DNA of 63,844 nt, the filler included, from Reticulomyxa filosa (taxonomy: Eukaryota; Protista; Foraminifera): NCBI GenBank assembly GCA_000512085.1. It is 17 parts of 17 records of this genome, joined end to end, with 100 filler letters (N's around TTAATTAATTAA, not from the genome) between each part and the next. Parts side by side here need not be neighbours in the genome. Positions count along the whole stretch, not along the records: positions 1 to 24,791 come from ASPP01002634.1; 16 more parts are not named here. One strand, written 5' to 3'. The position numbers were made by a program, and so were the translations under genes. Position 1 is the stretch's first letter; each line of letters starts with the position of its first letter. The notes under the pieces were generated by a model that saw nothing but the letters and a program-made list of their open reading frames with translations, ran no database searches and had not been told where the DNA came from. Below are positions 1 through 10,987 of this stretch, in pieces.

Positions 1-764
1 TTGAATTACTCGCAAATTTCACATCCAAAAGCATTTGGATTTGTTGATACTTGCCGTTCTTGTGTTTCACTAATTTTTCTGTTGTTCGCTATTGCGTAGC
101 AAAAAAAAAAATTATTTTTCTAGAAAATCAAATAAATCAATGTACTACACATCCCTTAAACAACTAACGCGTTCATGCAGCATTATTTGTTTGAGCTTTA
201 CAGTGTAATTTTTATTCTGACAACTGAAAACAAGAAAAAGCGATGTTGGCTGCGCATTTTCTTAGAGCAGTTGTCACTTTGATATAACATATAAAAGACA
301 AAACTTATAATGAAATTAAATTGTCTCATTATTTACAAAAAAGATAATAATTCTTTTTAGAAATTGAAAAGAAAAACTTAGACAAAAAAGCCTTTAGTGC
401 AGCCCTGGTCTACAAAAAAAAACTCGAGACTTTTTATACAATCGTGATATATTTCATATAATGAAAGTGGGTTCGTATTTAACAATTTGTGTTTCAAATG
501 GCTGTATTTTAAATAGTACTGTGCGAAAATGGATACAAATCCTTTATGGTGTTTATGTACTCTTCCGCTGTTGGCAATTTTTTAAATAAAAATATTTAAA
601 AATTGGTAATTTTTGTTTGATTTTGTTGTTAAATTGTAAAATAGTAACCCACATTTTTTAAGGCTATGGCCCGAAAGAAATGATTGCATTTATCATCCTT
701 AAATTTTGTTTAAACCAAGTGACTTTTGTTTTTGGCTTATCATCGAACATTGAAAATGTATATT

Positions 765-3059
765 TCACTCCAGTTTTTGCTCCTCATTATTAGTACCAGA
801 AGATTCTTTTTCTTTGTTTTCGTCTTCAAGATGACCATCCAAAGGGCTATTTTCATTGCCAGCGCCTCGACTGATTTCCGAGGATTGAACATATCCTTTT
901 TTAACAGACTGGTATAGCTTTTGCGCTTCTTTGATTCTCGAAAACTCCAAACAAAAAGTCTCAATTTCTCCACTTACATCTTTAATGCTGATTAGTTTAA
1001 TATACAATAGCTTCTGAACAAATACACAAAGTAAGCGAACAAGCCTCGTTTGAAAAAAGGGGTCTTTGATATTTTCGCACTCTTTAATGCAATTGCTGAT
1101 GTATGCGCAAATATATTCTTTTTTGACGTTGACGACAGCTACCAGCTCATTTACTAATTCCATGCTGGGCAACGCAATTTGACTTTGCGAAACGTCAAGT
1201 TTTATCAAGACATCATAATAGGAGTTTATGTATGGAGTATCTGTCAACTTTTGAAATAAATAAGTTACGATTGGAACATTGTGCGCAACCAATTGTGGTA
1301 AAGTGTCTGGCGTCAATCCGCATTCGTCCATAATTTTGGAGCTCAAATCTTTGGAGTCAGTCTTTTCAATTTCGGATTTAAACAGAGCGATCTGTTCCTC
1401 GAGTAATGGCTGTTTCAGTGCTAACTGTGCCAATTCCGTGACTACGGGCTCTTTTTTTTCGCCACTTTGTGAACAGACATATGTATACGTATGTGCATGT
1501 ATGGGACAAATGAGTAACAAGCACTAGAATTTCATCACATATTCATATATAAATGTGTACATGTTATTGCATATGCATATATTCCAAACCTTCCATTGTC
1601 CCAAAGTAATTTTGATTCTTCATCCAAAAAGCACCATCGAAGCTCTTGCATGGTATAGTCCACATTAAAGGGAGGAGGAGGTCGTACCCACTCCGGTTCG
1701 AACACTTCATATTGTAGCTCTGGTTTTACATTGAAATCAAACAGCATACGTTTTTTTTTTTGGCTCGCGCGTTTCATCGGTTGTGTGTGACGTCCCATCG
1801 ATATCGTCTTCGTTATCGTCTACAAAGTCCTCTTTGCTGAATAATTCGATATCAATGTCCGTTCCCGGATCTCGTATTACATTTGAAACAGCGCTATATA
1901 AGAAAGGCGCGATTTTTTCGTCTGTTTTGCTGCGAATCAGAGTACGTACATGCTCGACGTCTTCCCAAGGCTCCACTTTTTCATATTGCTCGTCTTCGTT
2001 TTCTACGTTTGCAAAAAAAAAAAAAAAGACAACTGTAATAACATATGCAAGCATCGTGATTTTATTTTTAATATTACATTTATTAATTCAATAAAAAAAA
2101 CAAAACACACCTTTCTTGCCATCTTCATTCACTTCAGTGGACACATGCTTTTGTTTTTCATTTCGAAATCTGTATTTTTGATACTTTTCAACAAAAAACT
2201 GTGGATATTGCTGCGCAATTTTTTTTTCCACTTGGTTTTTGTAATAAAACAGATCTTGGACAAATTCGGCTTCTACTCGGTCACACAAAGGGATAATTTT
2301 TTCATTTTGCTTTTTCTATGTTTTGTCCGACTTTGAATGATTTCTTTGGAAACAACAATAACGGGGATGCACACACTTAACAAAGTTCGAACTCAAGTCG
2401 TACATATCAACGGCAGTTTTTTCAAACAAGAGTTGGTATGGATCGAGCATCTTTAACGTGTTCTCGATAGACGAGCGTGGCTTCTTTTCGTGGTTTTTAT
2501 GCTTTTCCTTGTCTTTTTTATCAAACTCTTTTTGCAACTCCACCCAATTGGTCGACAGCAAAGGCCCATTCATTTCGTGTTCCTTTGTGTGTGTTAACGC
2601 AATTCCCAAATGATATTGCTCATTTTGCGAAAGTGGGAAAAAAAATTCTCGGCCGTCCAAGAATTTTCCGGTCAAGTCTTGCGGGGATTTGTCTATTATT
2701 CTTATAAACAATGGCAGAAAGGGATGGTTTCCTATTGGGATATGGTTATACAATTCTCGAATCAAATATAATGCAATCAGTCGTTGAATTGCCGTAAAGA
2801 ATCCTTCAAACAATAATGTGTTAGTCATTGGCACATAGTGCTTTGGGGAATTGTCACGGTCTTTCAAAAATATGCTCAGTGTCGACGCACAATCGAAACG
2901 GAATTGCTCACCGGTTCCATTTGTGGATGAACTGGAACTAGTCCCAAATTCTGACGCAAATGTCGACCAGAATAATTGTCCAATTTCACCAAAAGTTTTG
3001 CTCTGATTCTCTTCTCCAAATAATGATAACAATTGTTCAAGTTGAGAATCTGTTAACAT
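765..3059 (-). CDS. CNOT11: CCR4-NOT complex subunit 11 (multi-exon)
   Basis: N-terminal QRLIALYLIRELY..HPFLPLF, central FEPEWVRPPPP and C-terminal TPDTLPQLVAHN..SMELVNEL..YISNCIKECENIKDPFFQTRLVRLLCVF..EIETFCLEFSRIKEA all match CNOT11/DUF2363. Introns at about 2010-2110 and 1480-1590; a frameshift in the T-run near 1751-1761; an in-frame TAG at 2316-2318. Confidence 0.93.
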
Positions 3060-3431
3060 GGTGACAAATAACAATCTATGAAATAAGTCTTAATGGTGAC
3101 CCCCCTGAAATAAAGTCAAAGAATCCGAATTTCGTTGCTTTAGAATAATTAAATACTATGCAGCTACTTCAAGACATTTCAATTTTTAATTTTTCGCCAA
3201 AAGGACTTTATTTATTTTTAATCTCAACACCCAACAAATGAGATGTTTGTGTTAGATCCAAGTATTACAGCAACAAGAAGAGCAACTTGCAAAAAGGTCA
3301 ATGTATTGTAGTGCAATTAAACAGTTGGACATGTTTTTGTTAAATGGCAAAACAAGTAGAGTATTTAATTTCCTTTTGTTTTGTTTAAAAATGAAACTTT
3401 ACAATTGAACGAATAAGGATTTTGAATGGAA

Positions 3432-4493
3432 CTAATCACTGTCATCTTCTAGTTTCATACATAAACTCTTAAAGTCTTTGATTACTTTACTCGTGACTGG
3501 TGTAGGTAAAAACCAGGTGACTCTAAAGGGCTCTCCAAAAACAGCTTGCAGTAATTCATAACCCGATTTTTTTTCTTTTCCAGTTTTACTCCGATTCTGG
3601 ATGATATCGATATAAGTAGTATTGTTCCAAATACTGGAGAATTGGTCACAGCCCATGATACACGTAAACAATCCAAAGAGGATTGCTTCAAATAGATTCA
3701 ACATGCAACACACAATATCTCCAGGAGAACCATTGCAATATGAATACTCGATGAGTCCCTCACCAATTTTAAGGCTCAAATTGTTCATGTTATTATCATC
3801 AGTTATTTGATTTTGAGAACAGCGAATAAATCGCCAAATCAATGCCGATAAGCAAAAAATGCAACATAAGCTTGTGTACATCAAAAATAACAAAAAGTAT
3901 TTTTGATTGCACATAGCCACGCAATTATTTACCTATTTATATTTTCCTTTTATTTTTTCATTTTTTTTATTTGTATTTAAAACACACATACCCAAGGGCA
4001 ATGATGGTCCATTCGAACAATGCACCTGTGGCATAGCAATGTACATTGCCCCAAGCATCAATGTTAGGGCAGCAAAAAACAAAATATAAACTTTTTACTT
4101 TTTAAAAGAAATGAACCTTCCACAAATGGAACAGTGATGAGCATCATGAGGTTTGAATTGACGACATCTTTGACAGTACCGAGCATTGTTGCTTCCGTTT
4201 AGTTTGGCGCTCGAGTGACTGTTTGTCAAGGATTGCTCTAAATCAACTAAGTGTTCGTCGTTTAATGGTACCGCTCCTGGATTTGTGAATTGCGCCTTTG
4301 CGTGACTCACCACTGCCAAAATCGTCAACATAACATAAACAACTGACAACAAGCTGAAATAGCCAAAGCCAGGCCCAATCACAAATGTTAGTTGCACGCC
4401 CAAAGCAAAGAACATGAGAAACGGAGTAAAAAATCCGCAAAATATCCCACAACAATCTTCTCGTACCCACCAAAAATTTGCTTTTGAAATCAT
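3432..4493 (-). CDS. DHHC palmitoyltransferase (ZDHHC3/7-like), 3 exons: 4493-4117, 4025-3992, 3932-3432
   Basis: GT-AG splicing rebuilds [44 protein letters not shown]. Also a TNPGAVP motif, four TM segments and an NTTYID (TTxE-like) motif. Confidence 0.95.
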
Positions 4494-5066
4494 TGGACTT
4501 TATTATGTGTACTAAAAATGTAACAAAAAATTTGGCCCTTGCAAAGGTATCACATTGGCTCCAATGTTTTTAAAGCGGCCAAGTTCAAGTTAATCAACGC
4601 GTATCAAGTGCACAATACCGAGGAAATAATCTTTTGTTATGCACTCAAGGTTTCTTTTTTTCTAACGACCAATGCAGATTATCTTTTAAATTTGTTTTCA
4701 ATAGGCGCAATAAAAATGTCGCAATCCCTAAGATCTTAGATCATGATATTACTTGTGAGCAGTAAATTTCTGTGAAGAAGCAAAACAGATTGATGCTGAT
4801 GTAAATATATTAAAATTTTCGAAATAAAGAACGAAGAACTTAACAACAAGTTTGAACGAAAAGAAATGCGAAATTAAATGAAGTTACTTTTGAAGAGCTA
4901 CAATTGTTTCTTGAAACGGTTTTTTGATCCAAAAAAAAAAGTCGGGAAAAGAGTTAACGTTTTCAGTTATACAAGAAGATCGGTGGGATTGCACGATAAT
5001 ATACAATGAGCAGCTGTCTTTGAGCAACGATGAGAAGCAAGTAGGAACACAAGCAAGAAGCGTTTG

Positions 5067-6224
5067 TTAATTTGAAATGGAATATTTAGGAAAAGATTTG
5101 TCGGGATGAATAACACTGGCCCCACCAATTTCACCAGCAATGGGCGGACAAGTCATATAAGCTCGAAGAAAGCCATTTTTAATAAAGTGTCCAATCCAAA
5201 TATCACTCGCCTCTTGGAAAGGAAGACAATGGTCCAAGAATCGCTGAAAAGAAGAGATAGGAGCAAAAATGGCAGTGTAAAGAGCAAATCCACTAACATA
5301 TTGATAGACACTATGTCCCAGGTATTTTACCAAAAGTCTTTTTTTCAAATTCCAAGGATTGCACCAATTGGCACCAAACAATTGTAAAATGTCCCATTTT
5401 TCATTTTTTTCGTCATTGGGTACATAGTATTTTAATTCCATAAATCTTTCTTGGAGCAACTCAAGAAAATGATCATTTATTAAAGCATCGTCTTCAAATA
5501 AGACTGCATACTTCCATTCGTTTGGCTTTTTTTTTTTTTTTTTTTTGAGAATGCAATACAAAAAAAGTATGTACATATCCACATGCATATTACATACACA
5601 TATTTGCATGCATATACATGCACGAATATATACATGTACTGTACATAAATATGTAAATTAGTAAACTGAATTATCTTTCACCAAATTAATTGCAGTTTGC
5701 ATCGCCATAATCTTCGACATAGCGGTCCCAATTTTTGTACTCTCATGCATCGGATGGAAATGTTTGTGAATGTACCCTTGCTCAATTAAACTTTCCTTTT
5801 GTTTTATGCTCAAATTTCTCCCGTCAAACCCATCCATAACCACACATTTTACGCTGTTTCGATCAAAGTATTCACATATTTCCAAACTATTTCGTCTTCG
5901 TCTTTGATTCCATTTCGCACTCATCACCACGACAACCAGGTCTTTTGATGGATTTAACTGCTCCACTGATTCTTCATTTATTTTTATTTCATTGTATCGA
6001 TACAAATGACTTGACTTCAAATGCGTATAGAGTACCAATAAACACAATAATGCCAGACTGCCCAATACATGCCAACTGTATTTCTTTATCGTATTTTGAT
6101 TTTTCATCTTTCCCTTTTCTCCTTCTTCGTCATGTTTTCCTTTCTCTGTTGGCTCTTTTCCTAATTGTGCCAAATTCAATATCTGCCAGCTTGCTGAGGC
6201 GAGACGTGACGGTACCGCTTTCAT
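5067..6224 (-). CDS. Type II membrane glycosyltransferase, GT25-like (2 exons)
   Basis: Single TM anchor WHVLGSLALLCLLVLY, then RRR..GFDG, IGTAMSKIMAMQ, YAVLFEDDA, WDILQL and ASDIWI motifs in GT25 order. A TA-rich intron spans about 5526-5670. Confidence 0.65.
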
Positions 6225-6932
6225 ATTAATGTTTCCAATATGGAAGGATAGTAAAAAGAAATAAAACAAGACAAAAAATAAACAAACTCAAAAAAAGAAA
6301 TGTCTCTGCCCCATTTTTGAACTTAAATTTTTTTGGACACGTATCCTGAGATTGCAGAGCATGTAAGAGTTTTGATCAAAAATTTGCACTCATCCCTAGA
6401 AAAAAAGCAGTTTTGCGGACTTGTTGATATAAATCCATCGGATACTAAGTAACAAGAACTCGGGCAAAAAATTTAAAAAGACATTGTCTATGATCTCAAT
6501 GGAATCAGAAAGAACTAGATCTTCAATAACCAAACCACAAGCAAAAAGAGGTGGTACCGTTGGTTTTCATTACAGTCACAAACACCACCAAAATGAACGA
6601 AATAAGAAGGTAAAAACAGAGTCACAAAATCGATGCCAGTCACAGCACGCAAGACATTAAAGTCACAAAAAAATAAAACAACAAAAAGCACAGCCCAAAC
6701 GCTACATAATTGAGACCAAAAGAAGATAATTACAATTTGGACTCAATCCATAAAGGCCCACAAAACAAAGGCGTTTCTGGGTTGAAAGAAAAGGAAAGCA
6801 TTTTATAATCGAAAACAACAGTTCGATTGTCTGAAACAAACAATAATTGCCCGCTTTTTGTCCATTACTTGCTCATAGGAAAGATGACAAGTGCAATTGG
6901 ACGAAATGGTATAAGATATTTGACATACTTAG

Positions 6933-9265
6933 CTACTTTATTTTGATCGGAGCAACAACACGTTTTACGTGTGATGAAGAGTTGATTTTGTTGTGTTTTA
7001 TTTCGTGAGTAGTGACATTGTGTTGAGTGGTGTTAGCAGATTTCAAATTGGCATTGGGGATTTTTCCATTTTGGTTGTCATTGTTGACATTGTTGCGGTT
7101 ATTATTCTTATTCGTGATGGCAGTGTCATTGTTATTGTTGGCATTGAAAAGACATGGATTCGACTTTTGTGAAGATCGTTTTGTTTTTGTCATAAAAGGA
7201 GCGATTTCCTGAGGATTATTTAAATGTGTCCAACACAAAAATTCTTGTGTGCTCTCTTTGTAAAGCACTTGGACTTGTCCAGAGTGTTTATCCATTCGAC
7301 GAATTTGTCCAGTTTTCCATCCTGGATGTCGCAAGATAGGATTAATGTCGACATAGCTTCCAACTTGCAATTGCTGCAGGCGAGTGTTTGGCTCTGTGAG
7401 ACATCAAGTCAACATCATTCGCATAACAAATAAAATAAAAAAAAGAAATGTCGTGGATAATGCGAGCGAAGGGATTTACAAAACTGTGGGAAATGCTTTC
7501 GGCAACCGCAAAACGGTTCAATTCTTTGGAGTAATCACTCCAAATGTCCCATTTATTATCCCAGCCTTCATAATGAACTAGCAGTCGAGTTCCTTCCTTC
7601 TTCCGTATCATCGCAAGCAAATATCTCCCCACTTCATCACGATGATCCACTTTCTCAGTTGGCCGCAGTCTCTCTGCTTCCTCAAATGTCATGCACGGTA
7701 CAAATGGCTGCTCCATTACGTCAAACGCATCCGTGGTAACGCCATTTCGACCATCCTTTCATTTTGTGATTGTGTTACGTTTTATAGTTTTACAAGCCAA
7801 TCACAAATATCTCCTCTTTTCAAAACGTACGTGTCCGCTTTGTGGAGTACCGTTCTTTTCTTTCCATGCGAGTAGATCACTTGATGAAATTCGCTTTAGT
7901 TGGTTTTCTGAATTGCCACATTTGATATTTGATGTTGTTCATTGTAAGATATTCCAAAGGGGTCACAAAAAAAAAAATGATGCCCACACGTAGTGTTAAG
8001 CAACATACTGTTTTGGCCATCGAATGGTTTTCGTTGCTGAAGAGATCCTTTGATTCCTTTTTCGACGAGTTTTTGCCGGATCTGTTTTTGCAACAGAGGC
8101 CATACAACATATACACCAAATGTGATGTGTGGCACATATGGATATGGCATAGGTATGTATTGGCACATCATTTGACAGACACAATGTCAAAACTCGGAAT
8201 TGTATCGTCAATGGCGGGTCTTTGGCCCCTTGTCTGACCAAGTCCCGTATTTCTTCGAATGATAGGCCCATCACCCATCGATCGTTGACCTGAACAATCA
8301 GTGAGCCAGGATAAACATTCTGTTGGGCTGTGGGCGATACACAGCGGCCCACAATACAATTTAGGCCATGCTCGTTGGAATACAGCTCCAATCCAAGCAC
8401 TTTTTCCTGAAACTCGACTGTGTAATCCCTTTCTTCCTTGTGTTTGTTGCGTGTGTATGTCCCCACATATCATGTCACTTTTTTGTATACTTATATACAG
8501 AGAATGTATATCATATACAAATATACATATATATGTATAATATATATATGTATATATGTAATGTGTGGTATTAAACAAACTGGTGATGGACAGACGTATT
8601 CTTGGACCGTTGGATCTTTTTCTGTTGTTTTGTCATTTGAATTAACGCTTTCCACTATTGGACAATCTTTCGGAGGGTTGTGCGGCTTTTGGGTATTTGT
8701 GTAGTTTTTTTGCAAACAAAATGAATCAAAGCGGTTTCCAAAGAAAAACCAAATCAATGTTGTTTATGTTTCTTTTTCGTGCTCGATACACAAAATAATT
8801 CAAACCTTTTGGGAGTTAAGGCTAAAATGATCCGAGTCATTTTCCAGCCAACGAAAATCATTCTCGTCAAATATGATTGATATCAAATTTCGAGTTATTG
8901 ATACTATTTTCCCCGCAACCCATTCTCCTTTTTCTCTTTTCCACATCCACAAATCCATTCCAATTCGAAACTGCAAAATTTTTTTTTTTAAGTCATTAAT
9001 AAGTGGATCATTTTGAAGTAGAAGAGAAGAAGAAAATGTGCTCAAACTCGATCTTTTGGATCTGCTCGTGTGATTTGGTTACTATGATCTTCTGGATCAG
9101 GTTCTTTCTTTTTTTTCCCCACCCATCATCAAGTCCTTTGATTCTTTGGGTACACACATACACTTTTCTCCACTTAACAACTTCTTCTGAAGTACGAACT
9201 GGAATCTTCTTGACTGATCTAACAGAAACACGTTTTTGATTTTGAGGAATCTTAGTACGCTGCAT
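6933..9265 (-). CDS. Multi-exon protein with a PDZ domain and several Tudor/chromo-barrel/MBT-like modules
   Basis: PDZ-like YTVEFQEKVLGLELY..CIVGR..VYPGSLIVQVND..LSFEEIRDLVR..PLTIQFR (about 8195-8430). LLVHYEGWDNKWDIW (about 7540-7590). LQVGSYVDINP..WKTGQIRR and IGMDLWMW..WVAGKIVSI are barrel-like segments. Joining these into one gene is inferred. Confidence 0.65.
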
Positions 9266-10987
9266 TATCTCTTTTTCTTTCTATTTGGTGGCTGTTTTCG
9301 GTGTTAGAAATTTCGGGTTCTCGAATAAAAATAGTTTTAAGCCACTAAGCGTTTTTGTCGTAGTTGTGGTTTTGTAGTTAAAAATAAAATATGTCTCATT
9401 AATGTTATTATTTAAATAAAATTAAAATCCTCACTGTGACAAAGCATATAACATTCTTCCACTGTTGACTAGTAGTCATGCGCACAACAATTTGATATAG
9501 TACTATCAAATACGGATTCGAACAATTGATAACAGGTAATCAATCCAAATAGTAAAGTAAATACTCTTTAAAACTAACAACAAAATACCTGCCATTACAT
9601 AAAGCAATCGAGTTTTTAAAAAGTTCATATTATGCTTTCTTTTTCTATATGATTGACAAATCTGTCTTAATGGATTTCTGCTGGAAAACCGAACTATTGA
9701 TCAACTTTTCGTCTCAAAAAAATAACTTTTCCAAAAAAAAAATTTACAATAAATATTTGTGATAATTAACCAAATCATAGTATTTTAAATGATACAACTA
9801 ATCTCAATGTTTGATTCAGTTGCTTTATTTTGCATTTAATTTTGTTCTAATCTTCAACTAATTTCTGCTGATAGATGATATTCTCTGTTGAGACTTACTA
9901 TTAAGTGTCGTTCAGAAACTATTTTGTGCCTTGGCAATTTGTTGTAAATTTGATATTTTGCCATTTTGTATCTTTTCGTAATTGCACTTACTTTCAATTT
10001 TTGAAAAGTATTGCGAATTTTAATGTGATACATATTCGAAGATGAAGTGAAATGTAAGGTATGGTAAGAAACATGAAAGTACAGTTAAGGTAAGTAAAAA
10101 ATTGATGCGAAAACCATGTGGTCAAAAAAGACCTTAAACACACACGAAACTTTTTGAATTAAAGAGTTATTTTTAGCAACCAAAACTAAGTTTAACAAGA
10201 AAAAAACAACTGCGCATTTTTCCCCTTACCAACCAACAAAAAAAAACAAGGCAAAAAAAAAAACTAAAGCAACATTGGAAAAAATAAAAGGAAATCTCTT
10301 GGAAGACAGTCGGAGCAAATAAAACACAATTGGGATGCACACAAAAGCCAAACAAATGTGCACACCATTTTGCTCAAACCAAAAGAACGAAAAAAAAAGA
10401 ACAAAAACAAAAAACAGCTGTATTCTTTTTTTAAGTTGTTGTGGGCAGTGTTTGGAATGGCAACACATCCAACAATAAAGTGGCAAAACTAAGCCCCAGC
10501 CAAACAAATATAAAATAAATTCACCACAACAAAAGTTTCACTCCACCAAACTCTCAAACCTGGCTCAATTAAAATGCAGCCATCACGAGAAACACACACA
10601 CAAAAACAAAAAATAATAAAAAAAACAATAATTGATGTTTCTCTGAGAAGGTTTTTGTTTTTCTTATTTGTTCGTTAGCACTCAACAAATCCACAAAGTG
10701 GGAAGCTCCATAGTTTTTTTTGGAGAGAAGCAACAAAACAGAATAATAACAACAAAAACACAGCCAAATAGAGACACATCATGACTTGTATTTTTACATG
10801 TTTTTGTATTAAGAAAAAAAAGAGCCTTTTTGTGATACAAGATCATTATTAGGTTTATTATTTATGGCATTTCTTTCTAATAATAAAGATAAGAAAACAA
10901 GACAAAACAAAATAAAAAAATAAAGCAAAACAAACAAAAATAAAACAAAATTCGTGCTACCAATGTAATAAGCCCTTAAATTTTGAT

